IMG/VR virus record: IMGVR_UViG_3300042387_000948
Location: 62,001 to 126,000 of that record
Length of the DNA stretch: 64,000 nt
Reading direction: 5' to 3' (one strand)
Shown: piece by piece, positions 35,004-44,837 of the stretch
Layout: each line of letters opens with the position of its first letter
How positions within the stretch are numbered: position 1 is the first letter of the stretch
The notes under the pieces: generated by a model
What the model saw: only the letters and a program-made list of their open reading frames with translations
Told to the model about the DNA's origin: nothing
Database searches by the model: none
Translations under genes and position numbers: made by a program

Positions 35004-35564
35004 TTAGTACTCATAATCTTTTCGTGGACCTGTAAGATTTCCATTGATTAGGAACGAACAATTGAAGCATAACATACGCAAATTATCATATTCGAAGTTC
35101 TTTCTATTTCCATCTAAAAAGTCCAACACAAGCGGAACTTTGTGGTCTGTTACTCTTCTTTCTTCAAATCCACAATTGTTACACTTCTCCAACATATAAC
35201 CATGCGATAGGATTCTACGTTTTAATTTCCATATAGGATAGTTTGGATGTTTACCAGATAGGATATCATCTAAATTGTTATGACCCGGCATACCAACTCC
35301 CTTACGAATACCATACCCAGACGGATTCTTCAGTACATCAAATATCCCATACATTCTTGCGTATTTTTTGTAGGTGTTATAAGATACACCTAAAAAACGA
35401 GCAGCTTCCATTGCGGAACGTGCTCTCTTTTGAACCTCTTTGATTTCGGATTCTAATAGTGGTTTTGCACCAACACCCCTCTTACGATTGGTTGGTATAA
35501 AATAATGATTTTTTTTCTTTGGATTGTAGTTCGAAAACCCGTCATCCTCCAATTCTTCTTCCAT
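35004..35564 (-). CDS. HTH plus HNH-like (possibly inactive) protein
   Basis: EAARFLGVSYNTYKK; CNNCG..LDFLDGN..N..DNLRMLCFNC. Confidence 0.7.
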   Translation of the reverse strand: MEEELEDDGFSNYNPKKKNHYFIPTNRKRGVGAKPLLESEIKEVQKRARSAMEAARFLGVSYNTYKKYARMYGIFDVLKNPSGYGIRKGVGMPGHNNLDDILSGKHPNYPIWKLKRRILSHGYMLEKCNNCGFEERRVTDHKVPLVLDFLDGNRKNFEYDNLRMLCFNCSFLINGNLTGPRKDYEY

Positions 35565-35621
35565 AACTAAATTGATATACTAATTTATTCTTTTATATAA
35601 GTATATCATTTTTATTTTTTC

Positions 35622-36086
35622 TTACAATTTATCTATATCTTTTAGATAATTTATTAGCTTGGAAAATGATTGAGTTGGATTATCTGATGTTGTATTGATT
35701 TCAAAGAAGTTTTCCTCCGGCGTTTCGTAATCTGATATTGTGGGTACTAACTTCTTCTTTGTAGTGTACACATATATCTCCACTATATTTTCACCAATTT
35801 GTGCCTTAAATCCCTCTCTTAATTCTTTATATGGAGTTACCATTGAAACGACTACATCTGAACCCGAATTGTGTATATATTCTGCGATTAGTTGTGTATC
35901 CTTTATGTTTTCTATTTGTCCTACTTCGGATTGGTCTTGATTATCGGTGAGTTCTCTTACAATATCACCATCGATTTGAAATACATCCTTTCTCCAATTT
36001 CGTTTTTCCGTTTGAAGAAATTCTTTTAATTTAGTAGCTAATACAGTTTTACCTGCGCCTGTGTTTCCTGTGAACCAGTATATCAT
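35622..36086 (-). CDS. Adenylyl-sulfate kinase-like (CysC-like)
   Basis: WFTGNTGAGKT, IDGDIVR, VTPY, YETPE. Confidence 0.75.
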   Translation of the reverse strand: MIYWFTGNTGAGKTVLATKLKEFLQTEKRNWRKDVFQIDGDIVRELTDNQDQSEVGQIENIKDTQLIAEYIHNSGSDVVVSMVTPYKELREGFKAQIGENIVEIYVYTTKKKLVPTISDYETPEENFFEINTTSDNPTQSFSKLINYLKDIDKL

Positions 36087-36135
36087 AACTTGTCTTTATT
36101 TATAACAATTATAAGTATTCTCTTTTTAAATTATT

Positions 36136-37734
36136 CTATCTAAAACTAAGTCCAGCACCACTAAATGATATGTTACTACCACCAACTACTAAATTTGGAG
36201 CTACGGTGTATATTGGAGAAGTTGATGATTGTATCTGAAATGCACTATATAATATATATTGAAATGAACCTAATAAACTTCTGGTATTTGAATAATCATT
36301 AGTTAATTCCGTAGTGTACATATCAGCTGATGCGAATAGTTGTAATTGTAATTTAGTATATTCAGGTGTTGATGTTGGGTATTTTTGTAAATATAAGGCA
36401 GCAACTCCGGCTACTTGAGGTGATGCCATTGATGTACCACTAATATTAACTTGTTTAAAGGATGCGTTTAAATGATATGTTTGTCCACTAAACGAATTGG
36501 TATTTGAACATGCACTCATAATATCAGTACCAGGTGCCCAAATATTAACGCCTGGTCCAGTTTCCGAATAAGTTGCCCTTTGGTCAAATGTTGCATCATA
36601 TACCGTACTATCCATAGAACCTACCATAAATGCTCTATCACTATATGGGGATGAACCTCTATGATAATAAATTGTACCATTATTAGTAACTACAAAATTA
36701 TTATAATCAATCCCATCAGATACATCTATTTTTGTTGCTCTATTACCAGCTGCTATACAAACTATAATACCAGCATCAATCATTTCTTCAACATCAGTAT
36801 CTACCGAACCAACTCTTACATTACATGAATACGTTAGAATTGGTGCTCCTGATGTTGAATTTAATCCGTATGTAGAATATCTATAAGATTCGTTTCCAGT
36901 TGTATTTGCATCAGTATATGATACTCCTCTATAAGTTAAAGATGTTACTGTACCATAAAATGCACGATATCCCCAACTCATATTAACTACAGTTGGTCTA
37001 CTACCTGCTTTAGAAGTATGCCAAGTTTTAATAGCATCAAATGCGTAAGTAATACTGATACCAGTACCACTATCACCACTTCCTTCCAATCCACTTAACT
37101 TTTGAGAATATACTCTTGCGTTCTTTGCCCAACCATATGTTTTACCACAAGCTATACCAGCGCAGTGTGTACCATGTCCATCATAATCTCTATAATGATT
37201 TGCATCTTGTGTGAATGCTCCACCACTATACGCACCCCAATCTAATTGTTGAACCCTTGTGTTGTTATTGACATCCGTAAATTCAGGATGGTCTATTTGC
37301 AATCCACTATCCTGAATAACTACATCTACACCAGTTCCATCTAATGTATAATCGTAGTTTAATGCGGTAGTTGTACCAGTACCATAAACGTTTGTTGTAT
37401 TTGATGAACGAATTAAACCCCAATTTGTAAATGCTCCACTATCTGATGTAGTTTTGGTAAAGTCTGCAATTTGAGTTGCACTAAACCCCATTATGATATC
37501 ATCCCTATGTTCGGGTGGTATCTCTACACAAAATACTCTTTCATCTTGTCTTACCAATTCTGCTTCTTCATCTGTCAGCAAATACCAACATTGACGAAGA
37601 GAACCAGGTCTTTCATTTGTAAACTCTACCTTACGATTTGGAATGTATAGAAGACCATCATTTTCGGTCTCCATATCTTCCCAAAATCCATCGTAATCAA
37701 CTCCGGCTTTTAATGCAACATTATATTCTTTCAT
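36136..37734 (-). CDS. Subtilisin-like S8 serine peptidase
   Basis: VIQDSG, HGTHCAG, AAGN, GTSMASP. Confidence 0.9.
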   Translation of the reverse strand: MKEYNVALKAGVDYDGFWEDMETENDGLLYIPNRKVEFTNERPGSLRQCWYLLTDEEAELVRQDERVFCVEIPPEHRDDIIMGFSATQIADFTKTTSDSGAFTNWGLIRSSNTTNVYGTGTTTALNYDYTLDGTGVDVVIQDSGLQIDHPEFTDVNNNTRVQQLDWGAYSGGAFTQDANHYRDYDGHGTHCAGIACGKTYGWAKNARVYSQKLSGLEGSGDSGTGISITYAFDAIKTWHTSKAGSRPTVVNMSWGYRAFYGTVTSLTYRGVSYTDANTTGNESYRYSTYGLNSTSGAPILTYSCNVRVGSVDTDVEEMIDAGIIVCIAAGNRATKIDVSDGIDYNNFVVTNNGTIYYHRGSSPYSDRAFMVGSMDSTVYDATFDQRATYSETGPGVNIWAPGTDIMSACSNTNSFSGQTYHLNASFKQVNISGTSMASPQVAGVAALYLQKYPTSTPEYTKLQLQLFASADMYTTELTNDYSNTRSLLGSFQYILYSAFQIQSSTSPIYTVAPNLVVGGSNISFSGAGLSFR

Positions 37735-37759
37735 TGGTTAATTAGTTGTTTTCCAATAA

Positions 37760-38446
37760 TTAAAAAGCACGAATGGCACGAACCCAAAACGTAGTACTTT
37801 TATCATGATTAGCTTGTACTCCATTTGCAAAATTTTGTGATGATGCTCTTGCATTATTTGGATGTAACTCCGTAGAACTCCAATAAATTTGCTCAGCAAA
37901 CCCACCTACTACACTTTTTTGTTGATATAGTAAGTTTAATTCATATTTACTTGGTAGATACCAATCACCAAAATTTCCACCATTATAAAACGCACATATT
38001 TCAGCTGCGTAGCTTCCAGTTTGATAAACGGTTGTGATACTTGTAGTATTTCGTATTCCAGCATTAATACCATCAAATGGTGCATTTGCTGCAGCATAAC
38101 CACCATTATACCAAGACACTCCAGTAGATTGGTCAAATGTTGCTGATATTAATCCATGCTTACCACCATCATATACATAAAATACAGTTCCACCACCATA
38201 CGATTCTCCGATATAGTGTGTAACACCCGTTCCACCGATTATTAAACTTCCAGTTATATTCAACGAACCAGTTATTCTTTGATTTCCATAGAATACATTT
38301 GCCGATGATGTTACTGCGAATAAATTATAGTTTTGTATTTGCTGTGATGATGATACCATTCCTGCTGCACCTGGCGCAGATACTATTATTGTTGTTGCGG
38401 TCATTGAACCACTTATATCTATTGAACCAGATAATACTAATGCCAT
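37760..38446 (-). CDS. Fibre-type protein with DUF1566 (Lcl) C-terminal domain
   Basis: DWYLPSKYEL, YWSSTE, VRAIRAF. Confidence 0.75.
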   Translation of the reverse strand: MALVLSGSIDISGSMTATTIIVSAPGAAGMVSSSQQIQNYNLFAVTSSANVFYGNQRITGSLNITGSLIIGGTGVTHYIGESYGGGTVFYVYDGGKHGLISATFDQSTGVSWYNGGYAAANAPFDGINAGIRNTTSITTVYQTGSYAAEICAFYNGGNFGDWYLPSKYELNLLYQQKSVVGGFAEQIYWSSTELHPNNARASSQNFANGVQANHDKSTTFWVRAIRAF

Positions 38447-38469
38447 TTTTTATTGTTTTATACTCTTTA

Positions 38470-39738
38470 TTAGTTATTCTCCAATGCTTCAATTCTTGCA
38501 ATTAAACCATCTATGATAGCTTGTTGCTCCTGAATTGCTTTTGTTAATACAGGTATTAAGAATTTCTCATTTACTCTCAATGGGTTATCTATTTCAGTTT
38601 CACCAACAAATATAGAATCTGCTCCAAAACTTTCAACTGCTTCAGGAACTATTGTTTGTATTTCTTGTGCTACAAATCCTAACATATCCTTTCCATTTTC
38701 CGATGGAACAAAATCATCAATCCAATTAAATTTAACAGGATTTAATGCTAACACCGAATTTAAACTTCCACTTATAGATGAAATATTTTGTTTTAATCTA
38801 GCATCAGATGCGTTATAAATGTTTGTACCAGATGCAGCACCTATGTTACCACTACCATCGATAGTCATTCTAACCGATGCTTCACTAGCATTATCACCAT
38901 TTAATGTATGGAATGTTAAAGAACCATTACAAGTGTTAGCTCCCGTACTATCCAATACACCTTTTATGATAGCAAATTCTTTTGGATTACCATTATTTGC
39001 CGATGCTAAAAATCCAATTCTACCTCTAGCACCCGTTGCATTACTATCAACAGCACCAAACTGTATTCCAGCCGCTGAATTACCTTGTCCTCCAACTAGT
39101 CTTATTGTACTACCTCCATGATTTTGAGGTCCAGAAACTGCGGTGGAGAAGAATGTAGTATTTCCTGTTAAATAAGAAGTACCTGATTTAAAATCTCCAT
39201 TTACGTCTAATTTATATCCCGGAGTTGTAGTTCCAACCCCCATACTTCCAGCAGAATTAATTGTAACTTTAGGTGTTCCAGTTGAATCCCCATTAGTATA
39301 AATTTGTAATGCCCCATCATTTGCAGTAATAGATGCTTGGGCAGATGATGTATTATAAAAATCAATGATTCCACCACGAGCTGCTCCAACCAATCTTAAT
39401 ATACCATAACCATTTGTAGTTGTATTACTTACAGTAAGTTGAGGTGTTACATTTGTTCCAGTAGCACTTGTCACATTTAAAGAACCACTAATACCTTGAT
39501 TACCAAAGAATGTATTTACAGAACCAGTTCTAGCAAATGTGAAATAGTTTTGTATTTGCTGTGATGATGAAACAATTGCTGCCCCTTTTAAAGATGCCGT
39601 ATATGCCATCAATGGTGCTAATTCCGTTATTTGTGCCGAAGATGATACCATCCCCCCTCCACCCGGTGAGGATACTAATATAGTTGTTGCGGTCATTGAA
39701 CCACTTATGTCTACTGAACCTGATAATATTAAAGGCAT
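38470..39738 (-). CDS. Tail fibre protein with intramolecular chaperone (peptidase S74)
   Basis: SDARLKQNI, GFVAQE, PVLTKAIQE C-terminal coiled coil. Confidence 0.85.
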   Translation of the reverse strand: MPLILSGSVDISGSMTATTILVSSPGGGGMVSSSAQITELAPLMAYTASLKGAAIVSSSQQIQNYFTFARTGSVNTFFGNQGISGSLNVTSATGTNVTPQLTVSNTTTNGYGILRLVGAARGGIIDFYNTSSAQASITANDGALQIYTNGDSTGTPKVTINSAGSMGVGTTTPGYKLDVNGDFKSGTSYLTGNTTFFSTAVSGPQNHGGSTIRLVGGQGNSAAGIQFGAVDSNATGARGRIGFLASANNGNPKEFAIIKGVLDSTGANTCNGSLTFHTLNGDNASEASVRMTIDGSGNIGAASGTNIYNASDARLKQNISSISGSLNSVLALNPVKFNWIDDFVPSENGKDMLGFVAQEIQTIVPEAVESFGADSIFVGETEIDNPLRVNEKFLIPVLTKAIQEQQAIIDGLIARIEALENN

Positions 39739-39759
39739 ATTTGTATTGTTTTATTCTTT

Positions 39760-42054
39760 TTATACTATTCTAATTACTATGAAGTTTCCGTTTCTATACA
39801 ATCCACCTAATGGTACTCCACCAGCTGCTGCTGCCGTGTCATCTACAAAATTCAAACTTTGTGAAACTTGCTGAAGTATTACATAACCATTTTGTATTGT
39901 GTGAGATGAACCACTTGCTAATAATGAGCCACTTATTGTTTGAGTACCATAGAATATATTTGCAGATGATGTTACCGCAAATAGATTATAGTTTTGTATT
40001 TGTTGTGAAGATGATACAATTGCTACCGATTTCAATGATGAAGTATATGCTTGCAATCCAGCTATCTCACCCAATTGATTTGATGAAGAAACGATTGTTG
40101 CCGATTTTAGTGATGCAGTATATGCTTCAATACCAGCTATCTCACCTTTTATAGAACCCGTACCATTATATAGGTTGGAGTTCAATGCAAATACATCATA
40201 GTTTTGAACTTGCGTTGATGAAGATACAATTGCTGCAGTTTTTAATGATGCCGTATATTCTTCAATGCTATTTAATTCGATTCTAGTTGATGCGGAAATT
40301 GCGTTTAATCCAGCATTACCCAATACTTCCGTACCAATTATTAAAGAGTTTTGTAAATATACCGAACCAGTAAATTCATGCGTATCCGTAGATTGGTCAC
40401 CAAATATGTTAGAACCAGATGTTACTAATACTGAAGATGATATGTATTGTACGTTTAATTTGTTTACATTCAAATCTCCAATAATTTGAACATTAGTACC
40501 ACTTACACTTATTGCTGCTTTTAATGATGATGTATATGCTTCTATACCAGCTATCTCACCTTTGATTGAACCAGTAGATGTGTATAAGTTAGAATTAAGA
40601 GCAAATAAATCATAGTTTTGTACTTGCGTTGAAGAACTAACTATTGCCTGTGCTTTTAGTGATGCTGTATATGCTTCTATACCAGCTATTTCACCTTTTA
40701 TTGAACCAGTTCCATTGTATAAATCGGAGTTTAGTGCAAATAAATCATAGTTTTGTATTTGTGTTGAAGAACTTACTATTGCTTGTCCTTTTAAAGATGC
40801 GGTGTATTGTTGTAATCCTGCTATCTCACCCAATTGGTTCGATGATGATACTATTGTACTATTCTTTATTGAAGCAGTTAAAGCCATTAACTCATTTGTG
40901 ATTCCTATAATAGAACCACTATGTAATTCTAATGAACGAGTTGCCTGATATAATTGATATAATTGTTCATCGGTTGCATATGTACTATCCAATGCCGCAG
41001 TGAATGCCATCAAACCATTTGTGATTCCTATAAGAGAACCGGTTGAAATGTATAAATTGGAATTAAGAGCAAATAAATCGTAGTTCTGAACTTGTGTTGA
41101 AGAACTTACTATTGCTGCCGATTTAAGTGATGCGGTGTATTCTTCTATACCAGCTATCTCACCTTTTATTGAACCAGTTGCAATATACAATACCGAATTT
41201 AATGCGAATAAATCGTAGTTTTGTATTTGAGTTGAAGAACTTACTATTGCTGCTGCTTTTAGGGATGCTGTATATTCTTCCAAACCTCCAATTTCTCCTC
41301 TAAATGAACCAGTCACTTGAGATAATGTGAAGTTTCTACTATCTTGCGAAGCAGTAAATGCTAATAAAGATGCAGTTTGTAATTGTATTGAAGCAGTTGC
41401 CTGTTGTAAAGATGCAGTTGCTTGATTTATTGAACCAGTTACAATCGATAATACAAAATTTCTATCAGCTTGTGATGCTGTAAATGTTTGTAGTGATTGT
41501 GTTGCTTGATTTATTGAACCAGTTACAATACCTAAAACAAAATTTCTACTATCTTGTGAAGCGGTAAATGCTTGTAAAGATGCAGTAGCTTGTTGTAATC
41601 TATTTATTGTATTTGCATCAAGATTTAGTAAAGTTACACCATTATAAATTAAAGAACCAGATACATTAATTGAACCTGTAAATTCGTGCTTATCACCAGT
41701 ATCATCACCAAATTTAGTTGAACCAGATGCGTAAATTACAGATGCAGTTGTAATTTCAGTATGAAACTCCTCTGCCGTAATTCTACCAGCTACAACTAAA
41801 TTACCACCAACACTTGCGTTTCCAGTTACCGATAAAGTTGATTGGATTGTTTGAGGTCCTTTGAATGTATTACCAGCTGAACCAGTATGTGCGTTGTATG
41901 CATTTACAAACTTACTAAAATCCTCAACTATCATTTGAGTAGTAGTTCCAGCAACAACAATTGGTATTACGGATTTTAAATCATTTATCCCATATCCCAC
42001 CGAACCAGATACTCGTTGGATTAAAGGTAATTCGGTTATTTTTTTATTCGCCAT
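39760..42054 (-). CDS. Repeat-rich fibre/structural protein
   Basis: Multiple GEIAGIEAYTASLK..IVSSSTQVQNYDLFALNS repeats; FGD..D.HEFTGS motif twice. Confidence 0.8.
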   Translation of the reverse strand: MANKKITELPLIQRVSGSVGYGINDLKSVIPIVVAGTTTQMIVEDFSKFVNAYNAHTGSAGNTFKGPQTIQSTLSVTGNASVGGNLVVAGRITAEEFHTEITTASVIYASGSTKFGDDTGDKHEFTGSINVSGSLIYNGVTLLNLDANTINRLQQATASLQAFTASQDSRNFVLGIVTGSINQATQSLQTFTASQADRNFVLSIVTGSINQATASLQQATASIQLQTASLLAFTASQDSRNFTLSQVTGSFRGEIGGLEEYTASLKAAAIVSSSTQIQNYDLFALNSVLYIATGSIKGEIAGIEEYTASLKSAAIVSSSTQVQNYDLFALNSNLYISTGSLIGITNGLMAFTAALDSTYATDEQLYQLYQATRSLELHSGSIIGITNELMALTASIKNSTIVSSSNQLGEIAGLQQYTASLKGQAIVSSSTQIQNYDLFALNSDLYNGTGSIKGEIAGIEAYTASLKAQAIVSSSTQVQNYDLFALNSNLYTSTGSIKGEIAGIEAYTSSLKAAISVSGTNVQIIGDLNVNKLNVQYISSSVLVTSGSNIFGDQSTDTHEFTGSVYLQNSLIIGTEVLGNAGLNAISASTRIELNSIEEYTASLKTAAIVSSSTQVQNYDVFALNSNLYNGTGSIKGEIAGIEAYTASLKSATIVSSSNQLGEIAGLQAYTSSLKSVAIVSSSQQIQNYNLFAVTSSANIFYGTQTISGSLLASGSSHTIQNGYVILQQVSQSLNFVDDTAAAAGGVPLGGLYRNGNFIVIRIV

Positions 42055-42122
42055 TATATAAAATTCTTATGTATAGTTCTTCACTATATAAATATAAGAA
42101 TTTTAACAAAAAGGTTTGAGAA

Positions 42123-42665
42123 TTATTTTGGTTTTCCAAACATCATTTTAGTGTGTATAGTACCACCAATCTTTCTATCGTATGTACCATCACCATTCCA
42201 CTTAATTTCTTTGTTAGGTAGGGCTTTACGAACTACTTTCTCATCCATTACAGGTTGTAATCCCTTAGCCATTAGGATATCTTTCATCTTACCAGATACC
42301 TCTACAAAGTATCCACTACCTTTTAATTTATCCACTTGGTGATTTACTGCTGCCGATTTTCCTGCTGAAGAACCATCATGTCCTAATGCTACAAACTTCT
42401 TACCAGCGGGTTTATGTTTTGCTACTGTTGCCGCATCTATCTCATCATCACCATCCACATCTATTACATCAAAGAAATCACCCTCCGAAGGTAAATCATC
42501 TTTATCTTTCACATTAGAGTGTCCACCAATTGGAGCATAAGCAGTTGAAATCAAATCATATATTTGTTGTTTGAAATCCGGCAACTCTGAACGCATTATC
42601 GGTGTCCATTTGTTTGTTGGAATATTAATATCTCTCTCAAAAAGTAAATCTTTTAACTTTATCAT
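42123..42665 (-). CDS. Putative virion internal protein (MIKL..E N-terminus)
   Basis: MIKLKDLLFE. Confidence 0.65.
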   Translation of the reverse strand: MIKLKDLLFERDINIPTNKWTPIMRSELPDFKQQIYDLISTAYAPIGGHSNVKDKDDLPSEGDFFDVIDVDGDDEIDAATVAKHKPAGKKFVALGHDGSSAGKSAAVNHQVDKLKGSGYFVEVSGKMKDILMAKGLQPVMDEKVVRKALPNKEIKWNGDGTYDRKIGGTIHTKMMFGKPK

Positions 42666-42669
42666 ACTA

Positions 42670-43206
42670 TTAAATATTATCAATTATATAATCCATAGTA
42701 TCATCTTTACCTTTTAATTCTTTCCAATGTTTAGAACCAATAAAAGTAGAATATAAACTATTCATATTTCCGTTTGCTTCAACTTCCCAAGGTAGTTTCA
42801 TATATGTTTGGATATCGGATTTCATCAACTTACCATAATCCTTTGCTGTGATATACTCCTTACCTTTCCATAGAATAGCAGTATAATCTTTGTTTGGTAG
42901 TAACTCATTTTTCGATACCTGTTTAACATGAGTTAATTCGTGTATCATAGATTGGATAATTCTCTTATAGGATTGATTCGGATTAAAATGTAAGTAAAAC
43001 TTATTCCCATCCACCGAATTTGAGTTTAGGGATATATCACCAATCATCCCCGCTTTATCCTTTTTCTTTATTATTATCTTTGCAGTAAAATTGTACTTAT
43101 CCATCATAAAAGAAACCACCGATTTAACCATTAAGGATTCGTGTGGTTTCATTTTTAGAGATGTACCAAATAGGTCTTCACTCAATATGGATTTTAACTT
43201 TATCAC
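42670..43206 (-). CDS. HExxH metallopeptidase-like protein (MIKL..E N-terminus)
   Basis: IHELTHVKQ, LPWEVEA. Confidence 0.75.
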   Translation of the reverse strand: MIKLKSILSEDLFGTSLKMKPHESLMVKSVVSFMMDKYNFTAKIIIKKKDKAGMIGDISLNSNSVDGNKFYLHFNPNQSYKRIIQSMIHELTHVKQVSKNELLPNKDYTAILWKGKEYITAKDYGKLMKSDIQTYMKLPWEVEANGNMNSLYSTFIGSKHWKELKGKDDTMDYIIDNI

Positions 43207-43604
43207 TATCTTATTTTATTTAAATCCTTTAATATAGAATTTACTTCACTATTATCAAAATTATGTTCCGATGATATTTGTGACCTACTTATAGTTTTCC
43301 ATATGGGAGTTCCATTTATATTAATATCGGATACTATATCGTTTTTATTTCTACACCCATTGTAATCACAATACTTCCCATTGTACAAAATACAAACGTG
43401 AACCATTGCTTCCGTTTCAGGTTCTATTATAGCTACATACTTACCCCTATTTCCTAAATACTTATTTAGTGCATCGGCAAATGTATAACATCCCCCACTC
43501 ATATACCAATCCGTCCAATTAGTATCACTTCTATATTGTTCCAACACATCATCCAAATCTGATACGGATTTTACACCCTCCATCAAATCAATTAACTTAA
43601 TCAT
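43206..43604 (-). CDS. Hypothetical protein (MIKL..E N-terminus), possible Cys-His-Asp triad
   Basis: GGCYTFA, VHV, CDYNG. Confidence 0.6.
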   Translation of the reverse strand: MIKLIDLMEGVKSVSDLDDVLEQYRSDTNWTDWYMSGGCYTFADALNKYLGNRGKYVAIIEPETEAMVHVCILYNGKYCDYNGCRNKNDIVSDININGTPIWKTISRSQISSEHNFDNSEVNSILKDLNKIR

Positions 43605-43894
43605 TATCCAATGTAGCAATTAAGTTCGTATCCGTTTTTCATTCCGTATACCTGAATGTGTAGTTGTTTGTTTGATGGTTTTCCACCTTTGGTTAATTCA
43701 ACCGATACTTTGTTTGTTTTTCCTTCCGATGGTTTGCGAGGTCCCATTCCAATCTTTGTAAATGAATCATCTTCATCTACCAAATATCCTTTTTTCAAAG
43801 CGTATTCTTTAGCAGTTTGAATTGCTTCCGTATAAGATTTGTGATATACTTTGAAATCGGTTGCTTCAGTTAATATTTGAGTTAATTTTATCAT
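43604..43894 (-). CDS. Hypothetical protein (MIKL..E N-terminus)
   Basis: LHIQVYGM..YELNCYI. Confidence 0.7.
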   Translation of the reverse strand: MIKLTQILTEATDFKVYHKSYTEAIQTAKEYALKKGYLVDEDDSFTKIGMGPRKPSEGKTNKVSVELTKGGKPSNKQLHIQVYGMKNGYELNCYIG

Positions 43895-43938
43895 ATCTTT
43901 GGTTATATAATATAAATATAAACTTTTTAATTTAACTA

Positions 43939-44472
43939 CTAGTCGTGCTTTATGTGCTGAATCTTTTGCTTTACGTTCGGATATTTCTTTAATCGGGTTC
44001 GAACTGCATGAATGTTTTTGAGTGAATCATCGATAAAGAACACATCATCGTATCCCTCATCTCTAATTTGTTGTTCTATCCAATCTGCTTTCTTTTCAGG
44101 ATTGTTATCACCTAAAGCGATTACATGAACACCTTTGATACCACTTTGGCGAATAAAATCGTAGACCGGTTTGTAAGAACTTCGGGCGGTTAGGATATAA
44201 ACACCTCTATCACCTTTATCCTTTTCGGTCATTCTTTTTAGGAGTTCAAATACCCCTTTGATAATTTTTGGATTTTTAACTTTCTCAAAATCAGAGAAGT
44301 CATATACATCACCCGGTCTTGCATTATAAGTTGCGTATTGTGCGGGTGTTAATTTGGATTTATTTCCGTTTGAGTGTGTAATGTAAATAAATGAGTTTGT
44401 AAATACTAAAGTATCATCAAAATCGTACACACGTAATTTCTTGCTTTCTAAAAATAGGGTTCTACTTATCAT
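43939..44472 (-). CDS. HAD-family phosphatase
   Basis: YDFDDTL, LTAR, K, FIDDS. Confidence 0.8.
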   Translation of the reverse strand: MISRTLFLESKKLRVYDFDDTLVFTNSFIYITHSNGNKSKLTPAQYATYNARPGDVYDFSDFEKVKNPKIIKGVFELLKRMTEKDKGDRGVYILTARSSYKPVYDFIRQSGIKGVHVIALGDNNPEKKADWIEQQIRDEGYDDVFFIDDSLKNIHAVRTRLKKYPNVKQKIQHIKHD

Positions 44473-44525
44473 ATAGTAAAGGTAAGTAATTTATTTAACA
44501 TTACCAAATATTTTATCGATTATTT

Positions 44526-44837
44526 TTAACCGTTTAATATTTTTTTACTACCAACTTTAGCTAATTTTTGATTCTCCGCAGTTAGGTATTCTACTTTAAC
44601 ACTTAATTCGGCTACCTTAGCAGTCATCTCAATAATCATTTTACGAAGTTCATCTTTTTCAGCAGATGACGAAGATAATAATGCTTCTAACTTTGAAATT
44701 CTATCTCTGCAATCGTGTCTGATAAAATCTTCATCTTTTTGTCTATTATCTGCTTTTCTTTCGTAGAATCTCCAAGCCGATGCTCCACCTAAGACTGTGA
44801 TTGCTGTAATTAGTACCGAGTATATGTTATTATCCAT
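44526..44837 (-). CDS. Membrane-anchored coiled-coil protein
   Basis: N-terminal TM then heptad repeats. Confidence 0.65.
   Translation of the reverse strand: MDNNIYSVLITAITVLGGASAWRFYERKADNRQKDEDFIRHDCRDRISKLEALLSSSSAEKDELRKMIIEMTAKVAELSVKVEYLTAENQKLAKVGSKKILNG

Noticed and set aside
37760-37900. DGR variable region in the DUF1566 protein
   Set aside because: No template repeat or reverse transcriptase visible in this window.
39900-41600. CRISPR-like direct repeats
   Set aside because: The repeats are in-frame protein repeats with synonymous variation and no unique spacers; the same holds for 63400-64000.
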